DNA from: the human T2T-CHM13v2.0 reference genome, Homo sapiens
Assembly: GCF_009914755.1 (NCBI RefSeq)
Contig: NC_060926.1
DNA length: 64,000 bases
Direction: 5' to 3' (one strand)
Part shown: positions 1 to 41,735 of the stretch, piece after piece
Layout of the letters: every line of letters starts with the position of its first letter
Position numbering within the stretch: position 1 is the first letter of the stretch
Made by a program: the position numbers and the translations under genes
Notes under the pieces: generated by a model
Databases searched by the model: none
What the model was told of the DNA's origin: nothing
Seen by the model: only the letters and a program-made list of their open reading frames with translations

Positions 1-118
1 CTAGGCCACATGGCTCCCAAGAAGCAGGGCTGAGATTAGAACCAAAGTATATTTGACCCTAAGACCCATGTTCTTAACTGCTGTGCTTTACTGCTTCCTA
101 ATGTAGAAAACAAGGACA

Positions 119-961
<843 letters not shown>

Positions 962-967
962 CTAAAG

Positions 968-1503
968 CAGCAGGCCCCAACATTTTGGCACCAGTCACCA
1001 GTTTCGTGGAAAGCAATTTTTTCATGGACCAGAATGGCGGGGTGGATTGATTTGGGATGATTCGAGTACATTACATGTATTGTGCACTTTATTTCTGCTA
1101 TTATTAATATTACATTGTAATGCATAATGAAATAGTCATACAAGTCACCATAATGTAGAATTAGTGGGAGCCTTGAGCTTGTTTTCCTGCAACTAGACAG
1201 TCCCATATGGGGATGATGGGAGACAGTGACAGATCATCAGGCATTAGATTCTCATAAGGAACGTGCAGTCTAGATCCCTTGCATGCACAGTTCACAATAG
1301 GTTTCATGCTCCTATGAGAATCTGATATCACCACTGATCTGACAGGAGGCAGAGCTCAGGTGGTAATGTGAGTCATGGGGACAGACTGTAAATACAGATG
1401 AAGCTTTGCTTGCTCACCCGCCACTCATCGCCTGCTGTGTGGGCCAGTTCCTAATAGGTCACAGACCAGTACCAGTCCACAACCTGAGGATTGGGGACCC
1501 CTG
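968..1503. mobile_element. MER1A hAT-Charlie non-autonomous DNA transposon
   Basis: Termini CAGCAGGCCCCAAC...TTGGGGACCCCTG. 8-bp TSD CTCTAAAG at 960-967 and 1504-1511. Length ~536 bp. Confidence 0.9.
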
Positions 1504-1606
1504 CTCTAAAGTATAATTGTGAAAAAATTAAAGAGTATTTTCATTCACCTCTCACTTTCTTTATCACCTGGAAGTGTATATAATTCATGCACCAATTTGT
1601 CTGAAA

Positions 1607-1740
1607 AGTCTGAATGCAAACTTCCTGAGATGAGGGGCCTTATTTTACTCTCCGTTGTACCTCTGGAGCCCAGAACTGTGCCTCCAGTAGAGTAGATGCT
1701 CAATACATACTTGTTGAAGGAAGAAATGAGTGAGTGAATG
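1607..1740 (+). mobile_element. L2 3' end fragment
   Basis: ...GTAGATGCTCAATACATACTTGTTGAAGGAAGAAATGAGTGAGTGAATG is a typical L2 tail. Confidence 0.7.
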
Positions 1741-2129
1741 TATCCAGACTATGTGAAGAAAAGGGGAGGAAGTGTTTTGGACACACAGAATGAATGGAAC
1801 TAGCAAGCCTATCTGGCCCCTTGGGAGTTATAGTCACTACCTCTGGGGCCTGGCCTGTGCTTTCGTGCAAATTCCTTGTCCAAGTGGCCCAGCTAATTGT
1901 CATAGCTGCCTTAGGCCCCAGCATCTTGCATTTTGAAGCCTAGCCTATGGAAGAGTTCTCCTTGAGTCAGAAGCCCACTGTGGGGCCAATGAATATGCTC
2001 CCCTCTCGACTCCTCACAAAAGTCCTGAATGGAGGACCGTGGAGGAGTATGATCAGTTTCAGCTATGAGGGGTTATCAAGTAAGGCAGATACCATGGTCC
2101 ACATGTCCTCTACTTCACTCATTAAACTG

Positions 2130-2277
2130 AGGTTCCTGGACCAGCAGCATCAGCATCACTTGGGAGCTTATTAGAAATGCAGATTCTCAGGCCTACCCAA
2201 GACCTATTGAATCAGAATCTGCATCCTAACACAATCCCTGAGTGATTTCTAGGAACATGAAAGTTTGTGAAGCCCTG
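2130..2277. mobile_element. MER5A DNA transposon fossil
   Basis: GGACCAGCAGCATCAGCATCACTTGGGAGCTTATTAGAAATGCAGATTCTCAGGCC...GAATCAGAATCTGCAT signature. Confidence 0.85.
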
Positions 2278-2322
2278 TTATACAATAACACTCTTGCAAC
2301 ATTCCTGCCAGACACCAGGTAG

Positions 2323-3839
<1,517 letters not shown>

Positions 3840-4531
3840 TAAGAAGGTGGCATTCCAGCTCTCCTCCCTCAGGGAATGGGCTCTCTCTCCTTTCTATAAC
3901 CTTGGTAGAACTGAGGAGTCTAAGAATTGTAAAACAGGTTTTTTCCCATTCCCTTTGAAAATTCCTCCTAGGCAGAGAGGACTGTTAGCTTCAGCTGACT
4001 TTGTTAACCTGATTACCTGTTCACTGGTGCCACAGTGTTGCTGAAACGAAGGAGCCCCACTTCATAATCTTGAGACATTTATTTACATGTCTCTCTCTCC
4101 TTCTAGATTGTGGACGAGATCTATGCATGATTCATCATTGTATCCCTAGCAGCTACTAGATATTGATGACTTATTTACTAATACTTAGCCCAAAAAGATC
4201 AGACATGTTTTTATCTCTTTATTTTTAAGTAATTCAAACTTGCAGAAAAGCTACAAGAATTCTACAAAAGCTCTCTGATACCTTTTGCCCAATTCGCCAA
4301 TTGTTCATCTTTTGCCATGTTAGCTCTATCATTTTCTCTTTCAGGAATCAGTCTTTTTTATTAAATCCTTTGTTCAACTTACTTTCATTTCCATTTAGTG
4401 CCTTATATTAGTTGTCTTTTCTCTCTGAATTTAGCAATTTTCATACACCAACAAAAGGGAGGAGAGGGAGTAAAAAGGATCAGATGAACTTGTGAACCAT
4501 TGGCTTTTCATCCATTTAAAACTACGAGACT

Positions 4532-4828
4532 GGCCAGGCATGGTGGCTCATGCCTGTTGTAATCCCGGCACTTTCGGAAGTGGGTGGATTGCTTGAGGCC
4601 AGGATTTCGAGATCAGCCTGGGCAACATGGCAAAACTCTGTCTCTACAAAAAGTACAAAAATTAGCCAGGTGTGGTGGCAGGTGCCTGTGGGCCCAGCTA
4701 CTAGGGAGGCTGAAGTGGGAGGATCGCTTGAACCCACGAAGTAAAGACTGCAGTGAGCCGTGACCGCAGCACTGCACTCCAGCCTGGGTGACAGAGCAAG
4801 ACCCTGTCTCAAAAATAAATAAATAAAT
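4532..4828 (+). mobile_element. AluJ
   Basis: Dimeric Alu with J-type GGAGGATCGCTTGA and an (AAAT)n tail. Confidence 0.9.
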
Positions 4829-4958
4829 ACAATTATGAGATTTATTATTGAGACACTAAGAAAGGCATTTAACATGTCTATAAATATGGTCAAGCTAGGA
4901 AAAAAAGAGGAGCTACCTTCTAGAATAGGCTATTTTTACTAGCAGAATTACTATAGAA

Positions 4959-5664
<706 letters not shown>

Positions 5665-5683
5665 TTAATGACAGTGGGTGTCA

Positions 5684-6076
<393 letters not shown>

Positions 6077-6324
6077 TTAACCCACATTAATTCTAATATA
6101 TCGAGTTGTGTCATTTTCCTTTAAGGAAGTACAAAGTTTCAATGAAACAGCTGAATTGATACGAGTTCCAAGAATTGCAACAAATAGAATAAAAAGAACA
6201 ATGAAATCATTCACAAAAGAGGCCATTCACAGACAGCTTGGTACAACTGTAGTAAAAAAAAAATATAGAACAAACTGAAGTGAAAGGAAAGTATAGCTCA
6301 GGATTCTGGATTTTAAAAGTTTTA

Positions 6325-6524
6325 TCCAGCAGTCGTTAGCTCTCCTGGCTAGTGTGATGCCTGTGATGGTGTTTCACTGTTGGAACAGCAAGCACTGTCT
6401 TAATTGAGGCTTGGCTCCGGGTGCTGTTTTGGTGTGGGGCCAAGTATACCTTTGGGCAGTGTTTTGCACTTCTGAGAGTGAAATGACTCCTGTGGAGTCG
6501 GTCCTAATCTGAGTGCAAACAATC
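6325..6524 (+). ncRNA. SNORA74: SNORA74 (U19) family H/ACA snoRNA copy, probably retroposed
   Basis: ~200 nt TCCAGCAGTCGTTAGC...GATGGTGTTTCACTGTTGGAACAGCA...CCTTTGGGCAGTGTTTTGCAC...GACTCCTGTGGAGT...GTGCAAACAAT is recognisable as SNORA74. H box ACAGCA at 6385-6390 and ACA box at 6519-6521, 3 nt from the end. A short A-run follows. Confidence 0.9.
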
Positions 6525-6550
6525 TTTTCTGTTGAAAAAAATAATTTTGA

Positions 6551-7378
<828 letters not shown>

Positions 7379-7432
7379 TAAACGTTATCATTATAGGTCT
7401 TTCTGCTTAAGAGATACAACCAAAGTGTACCT

Positions 7433-9110
<1,678 letters not shown>

Positions 9111-9121
9111 ATAGATAATAG

Positions 9122-11620
<2,499 letters not shown>

Positions 11621-11903
11621 ATCCAGAGATAAAAGACACTGGATTGAAGACCAAGGAAATGCTTGGCTCTAGCATTATGAATTTCATTCTAAGAGAATCT
11701 AAGTCTGGCCACTCGTGGGAGGCTAAATAGTAATTGCTAGTAACGAACTAATCAGCTTGGGAAATGTCTCTAAGCCCCTTCCCAGAGCCAGCTCCTTTTC
11801 TCTTCATCTCCTGTTCTTTGTCCAGGAACCTCTTCTGTCTCATCTTTCAGCCATGCACCAAGTTCAGAAAAGAAACTACCATTTCCTAGACTTGTGTCTA
11901 TAT

Positions 11904-11949
11904 AGTTCAGAACAAAATGAAGTTCAGAACAAAATGAAGTCCAGAACAG
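11904..11949 (+). repeat. 17-bp tandem repeat x2.7 (AGTTCAGAACAAAATGA)
   Basis: Units start at 11904, 11921 and 11938. Confidence 0.9.
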
Positions 11950-13661
11950 AATCAGCTCCATTCTGACCCATAGGGAGGGATTTAAAGAAACAGAGGAAAA
12001 AAGGGGAAAAAAAATAAAAAAAAAAAGTGGAGAAGAAAAGAGGAGGGGCAGAGAGAAGGGAAGAAAATGGGGGGAAAGACTATGATGACTATTTTTCCAC
12101 TTAGTACACTGTCTACTAAGTGTAGAAGGACCAAAGAAAAAAAAGAGTTCTATTTTTAAATGAGCTGCTTCCACATTCTAGGAGGGTTGCCAAGGGATGC
12201 AGAAAGGCACTGAAATGGGCTTTATAATGCAGCAGTAGGTTCCCTAGGCCTAATCTAGAAGCAGGAAGTTTAGAAAAGAAGAATAAAAGTACTTTGTGTA
12301 ATAACCTCAGAGGTGAGCTACACAATTGGACCAGGGAAACCTCTGCAGATTTGTTCCTTTGACGCAGACTTCCTTTTTCAGCTTAACATGAATTTAAACT
12401 GTTGTCACTAGGAATTGCTGCTAGTCTTGGGAGACTGGGTATGTTGAGTTTTGTCCAAGAGCTACCCACGGGCCACCAGGAATAGAGTTGCAGAAGAGAG
12501 CTGGGGGAAGTGGGCAGGCCTGTCCTGACTGTCACAATGGCACAGGGGCCCAAAATCATGCGTTCAGCTAACATGTAGTGTTTGTTACATGCGAGGTGCT
12601 GCTCCCAAGGCTTTATCTTTGTAACCTTGTGAAATAACTATTCCTCCAACCTTGTGAATAAGGAAACAGGTACAGAGAGGTGAAAGGATCTGTCCTAGGT
12701 CACTCAAGTGACAAATGGACAAGCCGGGTTGAACCCAAGTAATCTGGACCTTAGACAGCAGGATTTTAAACACTTCGGAGGATGGGAATTGAACGGTCCT
12801 TGCTCCTCCTTTCTGCTCTGCCTTGTACACTTCCTTTAATTTCTGGCCTATTAAAGTGCTCATTATAGGTTATTTTGCTTAAGAGACACAACCAAAGTGT
12901 AACTATTCATTCAATTTGTTCATTCCAGACATAAGCCCCATTCTTGCTTCCTTGGGTCCTAGAAATCACCCCCTGCCTCACTCCCATAGAATTATTTGCA
13001 AAAGTCAGCCTCAGAAGTAGATTGCTTGGGATTATTATGGTTTGAGGACTATCCTGGTAGTTGGGGGAAGGTGGATGGGAGGATGGGAGAAGCCAAGCCC
13101 CATGGGTAGAAGGTAGAGAATTGAAGAGGACAGGGAAAGTGGTATTACTGTTAGTGGGGCTGAGGAGGGGTGGGAGGCAGGCTTGGAGGGGGTGCAGCCT
13201 TCTCAGCCCCACCTTTCCTCTGAGATGGCAGCACACAACCAGGAGAAGACTTGGCCAGGGGGGTGGCTTACGGTACTGTTTTCATACCTCATTTATTGCC
13301 ATGTTCTTGACCTCCCGCACAGTGCTTTGGAGTTTATGCTGATTGAATGGTTGAATAAATGAATGAACTGACTTACTAACACATGATCTTTTACAAGTTG
13401 TTTTCCTCCCTGTTTTGGCTGCATAGTGAGTTTCCCTTGTTGCCGTTGCATGGAGACACTTCCCTTTTTCTCAAGTTCTTCCCCAGTAACAAAGCATCTA
13501 GAGTTGATGTGAAAATATCTGTGTCTTGTAAAAGCCCACACGTCCATTTCGCAGGGCCAGGCGATCTGCTAACATTAATTGCATTCCACCTCCCTTGCTT
13601 CTTTCCTACCGACTTCACTAGCAGCTCCTGCCTCAGCATCACAATCCTTGTCACTGAATAA

Positions 13662-15950
<2,289 letters not shown>

Positions 15951-16148
15951 GTGTAGATGAGGATCTTTAATCTGTGACTTTTTTCCTCAACGTTACTTGA
16001 AAAACGTGACAGTCCTTGAAAATATTCTAGTTACTTTGCAAGGCCTAGGGATGAATATTAAGAATAGGTGCAAATAATTGCTTAAATTTAAATACCAGAG
16101 AGAGCCATTTGGGGTGTTCGGTATTTACCAACGCAAAGCTGTCTTTGC

Positions 16149-18028
<1,880 letters not shown>

Positions 18029-18584
18029 TCATTAGATTATTTGTCGACATTTGGTGGTAGATAAACCAACAGCTCTTTCCAACTCCCCTGAAATTTTCCC
18101 ACGGCTTAATTGACAGGGGAATGGGATGTTTTGGTTGGACATTTCTATACAGTCACTTAAAAATCCTCTCCGAAGGTGTTTCTTCCCTTCAAAATCAGAG
18201 AAAAGACACATTTAGTGATGAGAATCAAGAGCTAGACAGGGGACACTTGGTGTTTGGAATTCTTCACCAAATCATTTCACTTCCTTTGTTTCCTCAGGGA
18301 GGAAGGCAACCACAGCCTCTGCATTTGCTCCCTGACTTGGTTTACAAGGTTAGTCAAATACCCTGTACCACAGAGTGGCTGGGTTAATGATTTATCTAAA
18401 TGAGGTAAAAGCCATATCTATTGCAACGCTGCGTTTCAGTCTATTTTCCCAAACTGGTTAGCTATTGCACACTAATGATGTAGCTTAATGCTGTGTCACT
18501 AGGCTGTTCTAGAACATTTGTGTATATTATGTTCACAGTGCTGAAAGAAGCAACTTTCCTTTTTAATAGTTACAGTCTTTCTGA

Positions 18585-20250
<1,666 letters not shown>

Positions 20251-20296
20251 TCATGTGAGCATACTTGTTGCTGTATATCTTTGCCAGTACTTGTTA

Positions 20297-20615
20297 CAGT
20301 CAGCTCTCCATATCCATGGGTTCCACATACGTGGATTCATCCAACCAAGGACTGAAAATATTTGCAGGAAAAAAACACAATAAAAAACAACAATAAACAG
20401 CAAAATTTTTTTAAAAAGTATCACAACTATTTACATAGCACTTACATTACATTAGGTATTATAAGTAATCTAGAGTGATTTAAAGTATACAGGAGGATGT
20501 CATAGGTTATATGCAAATACTACACCACTTTACATCAGGGACATGAGCATCTGCAGATTTTGGTATCCAAGGGAGATCCTGGAACCAATCCTCCATGGAT
20601 ACCAAGGGGCAACTG
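20297..20615. mobile_element. MER2 (TcMar-Tigger) DNA transposon
   Basis: CAGTCAGCTCTCCATATCCATGGGTTCC...CCATGGATACCAAGGGGCAACTG with TA target duplication on both sides. Confidence 0.9.
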
Positions 20616-20941
20616 TATTTTGTGTCTCTTTTATTTTAGCCATTCTGCTGGGTATGAAGTGGTATTGCATTGTAGTTTTAAGAAAGACTTTTATTGAGTA
20701 TACTATACATACATAAAAGTGCACATATCATAAGTATACAGCTTGATGAATTGTTATGAACTGAACACAACTACGTCATCAGCACCGAGATCCAGAAACA
20801 GTACAGTATCACTATTCCCAAATTTCCTTGTGTTCCCTTTTAATCACTACCCTCCCTCCCACAGAGATAACCTCTATGCTGACTTCAAACTAATAGATTA
20901 GTTTTGGCTGGTCTTTGTACTTTATGTAAATAAAATCATAA

Positions 20942-23393
<2,452 letters not shown>

Positions 23394-23504
23394 TCAGATG
23401 AAAATTTCTGGAGATGCTCTTTGAAAAAGGAGTCTATAGTCAGATACATTTCAGAATGACTTCATTCTAAATTTCATCTCTGGGAGAATCACCATGTATA
23501 TTAG

Positions 23505-25789
<2,285 letters not shown>

Positions 25790-26093
25790 TTATTATAGTT
25801 ACTTAATGTTTTAAGAAGTCTGGCCATTAAGAATGCAGCTTGAGCTGGTTCAACCACAACTTTTCAAAGTGTATTTGCCCACGAAACCATTAATCTGTAG
25901 TGGTGAATGTGGTGGTGTCCTCTGTAACCCTGCAGTCCTACTTCCTACTCCCTATCCCTCTCCCTTATCCTGCTGAGCTCTTATCCTGCTCAGCTCATGG
26001 AGCACTGAAAAATTCTTGAGAGGGCCACTTCTGAAGAGCACACTCTGTATACCACCTTCTGAACTGCTAATGTGGATTTAAAACCAAGAAACA

Positions 26094-27924
<1,831 letters not shown>

Positions 27925-28111
27925 ACTCGTATGTTTTAAAGTGATTCAAGCATCTTTATTTGGTGTGTGAGCCATTCTGTACTATGATCTAGCCTAGGAT
28001 AGCATGCCTGGGAGAATGCTTGAAAGTTACCATTGCATCAATTTAATTTCCCATATTCTAGATGAAAATCGAGGCAATCTGATTCCAAAGCCCATTATCT
28101 TAAGAACTATG

Positions 28112-28690
28112 TGATATGGTTTGGTTGTGTCTCCACCCAAATCTCATCTTGAATTCCTACTATTGTGGGAGGAACCCTGTAGGAGGTAATTGAATCATTG
28201 GGGCAGGTCTTTCCCGTGCTGTTCTCATGATAGTGAATAAGTCTCATGAGATCTGATGATTATATAAAAAACGGGAGTTTCCCTGAACAAGCTGTCTTCT
28301 CTTGTCTGCCACCACGTGAGACATGCCTTTCACCTTTTGCCATGATTGTGAGGGTTCTGCAGCCACGTGGAACTGTAAGTCCAATAAACCTCTTTTTTTG
28401 TATGTCTTTATCAGCAGCATGAAAACCAACTAATACAGCAAATTGGTGCCCGCAGAGTGGGGTGCTGCTGAAAAGATACCAAAAATGTGGAAGTGAGTTT
28501 GGAACTAGGTAGCAGGAAAAGGTGGGAACAGTTGAGAGGACTCAGAAGAGGACAGGAAAATGTGGGAAAGTTTGGAACTCCCTAGAGACTTGTTGAATGG
28601 CTTTGACCAAAATGCTGATAATGATATGAACAATGAAATTTGGGCTGAGGTGGTCTCACACAGAGATGAAGAACTTGTTGGGAACTGGAG
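28112..28690 (+). mobile_element. THE1 (MaLR) LTR (28112-28437, THE1B-like) plus the first ~250 bp of THE1-int
   Basis: TGATATGGTTTGG...AATAAACC...CTAATACA, then AATTGGTGCC...GCTGAAAAGATACC internal start. Confidence 0.9.
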
Positions 28691-30767
<2,077 letters not shown>

Positions 30768-30989
30768 AAGAGAAGGAAAGGGCACTTTCTATAAATCCAG
30801 GTAGGAAGATGAGTGTTAAGACCATACAAGTAGTCACAAGGAACTTGGGGAAAACAAGGCATTCTAAGTGAAGTGCTAGAATGAGATACAACATACATTG
30901 AATGGATAGATTAGAATTTTTGTTAAAAGTAGTTTGCTGAAAAATCCTACAAATAATTATGAACTCAGTAACAATTAACACATTTAACA

Positions 30990-31730
30990 ACTAGATTGTA
31001 GTTTCTAAATAAAGTTGCTTACTAACAGGAACCAAACTTCTTGGAGAAATGGCTAACTGCAAGTCTGAAATAGGAAACATGCAAGATGAACTCTGGACCA
31101 TCTTATTCTACTAGAAAGCAAGGAAGCCATCAGGGTCCTGTCAACATGACTTAGAGAAATTTGAAGACATTCTCACTAGTCAGAGTTGGGACATTTTAAG
31201 CATCAATAAGAATAATAGCTGTAATTAATGAAAACACATTAAATAGGTGTAAATATTCCATGGAATACTATGCAGCCATAAAAAATGATGAGTTCATGTC
31301 CTTTGTAGGGACATGGATGAAACTGGAAATCATCATTCTCAGTAAACTATCGCAGGAACAAAAAACCAAACACCGCATATTCTCACTCATAGGTGGGAAT
31401 TGAACAATGAGAACGCCTGGACACAGGAAGGGGAACATCACACTCTGGGGACTGTTGTGGGGCGGGGGGAGGGGAGAGGGATAGCATTAGGAGATATACC
31501 TAATGCTACATGACGAGTTAATGGGTGCAGCACACCAGCATGGCACATGTATACATATGTAACTAGCCTGCACATTGTGCACATGTACCCTAAAACTTAA
31601 AGTATAAAAAAAAAAGGTGTAAATATTAAGTCCAAAATTCTACTTTAAAAATCTCATTGGTCATTTTTGGAGAATGCTAGAAAACCAACTCATTATTTTG
31701 AAAATTAAATAAAAGGAAGGAATCAAACAC
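30990..31730 (+). mobile_element. Old L1MC-type 3' region fragment
   Basis: CTAGATTGTAGTTTCTAAATA...CTTGGAGAAATGGCT...CTAGAAAGCAAGGAAGC...CTCATTATTTTGAAAA motifs. Confidence 0.6.
31258..31614 (+). mobile_element. Young 5'-truncated L1PA (L1PA2/3-like) 3' end
   Basis: Near-consensus L1 ORF2 end and 3'UTR, non-Ta (GACGAGTTAATG), poly-A, perfect TSD AGGTGTAAATATT at 31245-31257 and 31615-31627. Confidence 0.93.
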
Positions 31731-32161
31731 TTCTGAAAAGTCGACTATGGGTATGAGAGAAAACTTTGTAGTTTTTTAAATGAAAACTGGAAGGCTGGAC
31801 CTCATTACTTTGCATCCTTGAACATTAATTAGGATACAGACCATTCTGTCCTATGCTGTTAATAGTTTATTGAATTCTATAAAGTACTAGAATAGGGAAG
31901 AATGCTTTTATTGTACTTTTAACAGATTTTTCCTGCAGATTCATCACCTCAGGTAGCCATGCAATAACTGTTAATAGATTATAACAAAGATAGAGAAAGA
32001 GGCCTCATTGTAAATAAACAAAGCATTTTAGTCTGTTCTAACAGATTGCAACCTATTAATCATTTGTGTTAGCTTTCCAGGGAAACCTCCATTTAAATAT
32101 GGATTTATCTGCTTCACAAGTTTCATTAAGGGTCATTATTCTTATATATTTATATTAATAA

Positions 32162-34678
<2,517 letters not shown>

Positions 34679-35399
34679 AGAAAATCCTAAGGGGTTAGGA
34701 GCTGAGGCCTAGAATGGTCAAAGAGTTGGAGGTGTTTGCAAAAGTGATTTCATTGATGACCCGTGATGTCTGGGTTGAAAAGGGGAGAGTGAAGAGAGGA
34801 GGGGACTGCAGGATGGAGAGAAAGCAGCAGGGCTTGGACTGAAGAGCTTGCTAAGCTGAAAGGACTGTTGCTGCGGGGGTTACTTGAGAGCACGGAAGGA
34901 GAGGAGAGCGTGTTTGAATGAGTGAGGAAGGCTGTGAAGTTTCTGGTCCATGTTGTGATCACGGGAGTGGGTGGTGGTAACAGAGCAGAAGGAAGTGTAG
35001 CTGGGAATGTGAAGTGAGAAAGCTAAAAGGCCAGAATGGCTTGACAGAACCAGAGAGCAAGTTCCAATTCACGGGAGGCTCAAGCGCCTGGGTTTTGTAC
35101 AGGGCTGACCCCTGCTGGTAAATTCTGGTAGAAGCCCAGGAAGCCACGCTGCTCGCTTAGGAGAACCTGAGAAGTGTGGTAACAGCGGTCACAGGCAGCA
35201 AAGGAAGAGGGCTGTTTTTCCTTAGACATAACATTTTCATTTTTGAAATGTCTCTGCCAGTTTTAGGCTTAGAATGTCCTCACAACTAAAGCATTCTTTG
35301 TAAATAATCCCCAACTCATGTTATCAAATGATGAAAATGCAATGTATGAATAATAGGGAGAAAAATTTCTCCGTGAATTGTCTTTTCACTTTCTTAGTA

Positions 35400-36630
<1,231 letters not shown>

Positions 36631-37607
36631 GGTTAGTTGCCAGGTCACTTTAAGTAGGCAACAGAAAGGACCTCAAGAGAACTCCTTGGAGAATCTGACT
36701 TGAGGTCCTTAGAGTTTGTGTAGTACAGAGATGAGTTCTGAAAACATTCTCCAGGCCAAAGTGGCCAGAGGTGGCAGAGTAGAGAGGGCTGTGTTAGATG
36801 TGGACTACACGCCCTCTGAGGACAGGGCAAAGTACGGGTGGTTCTTATGGACCAAATGTGGATCCTGGGTCCCTCTTGGATCCTTCCCTAGAAAGACCAT
36901 GGGATCCCAAAAGAGAGGTGGCCTGAAAGATGACAGGGAGCGGTCAAAATGGCAGTCAGATGAGAGGCATTACCAGGAATCTCTGAGGGACTCAAGGAGG
37001 GGAAGCCCTGGGATCTCCATCCCCTAGGGGGTACCTTCATGGGGTACCTGTCAGTAAGATCTTTCTGTCCCTTCCTGTCCCAGAAGAGGAGCTGGAGACA
37101 ACATAGTGAGGGCCGGGGAAGAGGAGGACAGCCACAGTGGGAAAAGAGGACCAGAAGCTATCCATGACTTCTCCCCGACTGTCGGCTTCCCAGCCTGAAG
37201 CAGCTCAGAGCTGGGAGACTGACAGAAGCTCCAAATCAGGTAAGGATGTGGAGTTGTGATTAAGACACTAATCTAACTATTTAATTACTAAAATATCCCT
37301 GATAAAATCTTCTGCCCCAAAACTTGCTTCCCCTGCTGAATTCCTCACTTCACCTAATTGCAACTCCATCCCTCCAGTTGCTCAGGTCCGCAGCCATCAA
37401 GTGATCCTTCTGTTTTCATTCACATCCCATATTCCATGCATGAGAAAATCCTGCCGTCTCTACTTCAGTATGCTTCATGTTCTGAAATGGGAGAGTGGTC
37501 GAGTAAGTTTTTGGTGTTTACTGTATTTTGGATGTCCTGAATTATTCATTGTTGGCCAACATTCAGGAACTAAGCATTAGTACAGCTTGTAGATTTTCTG
37601 ATTTCCT

Positions 37608-37905
<298 letters not shown>

Positions 37906-38259
37906 TCATTTTCTTTAATCTATTGGTTTACTTAAGTTTTTTCCCTTGAATTTGAAAATATTTCCCGATGTTCGTAGGTTTTCTAAGTTTACAAAGAAAT
38001 GCTCTGTCCCTCTGTAGTACACACATGTGCCACTAAAGGCTAAATCTTCAAAATAAAGAGCCAAACCCAAGGAGGTAACTAATAACTCACTGAAGTGAAG
38101 TGATTATGGTTGCTACTAATTCACATCCCACATAATTCAATACAAAGAAATTGTTGGGATTGCATGCATGTGGGCTTCTGGATGGTGACCTGTGCATCTG
38201 TTCCTCTTGCCTGCTCAAACATCTTTCTTCCTAGAAGAAGACAGGGTCTAGACATCAGT

Positions 38260-38830
<571 letters not shown>

Positions 38831-39074
38831 CAACAAACTTTGTCTCAGACCTCAACACTTGGGTTGGGTTGTTGGGTGACAGAGTGAGAATTGTCTCTAC
38901 AAAGTAATAAAAAATTAGTCAAGTGTGGTGGCATGTGCCTGTAGTCCTAGCTACTCTGCAGGCTGAGGCAGGAGAATCGCTTGAGCCCAGAAGGTTACAG
39001 TGAGCTATGATGGCACCACTGCACTCTAAAGCCTGGGTGACAGGAAAAAAAAAAAAAAAAGGCAGTTGACTTCA

Positions 39075-39224
39075 GTCAGGTGTCAGGTCACTCAAACTTT
39101 TCATTGTTCTGTGCATGTCCCCAAATGACTGTAAAATTGCTGCAAGTATTGATTTTGGGGTTGCAAATAAATTTTAGCAAATAGGCAAATTCACAATTCC
39201 GAATCTACAAATGAAAACAAACTG
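39075..39224. mobile_element. Tigger4/MER46-type DNA transposon fragment
   Basis: AAGTATTGATTTTGGGGTTGCAAATAAATTTTAGCAAATAGGCAAATTCAC signature. Confidence 0.7.

Positions 39225-41735
<2,511 letters not shown>

Noticed and set aside
18382-18394. HNF1-like motif GGTTAATGATTTA
   Set aside because: A single imperfect motif with no other support.
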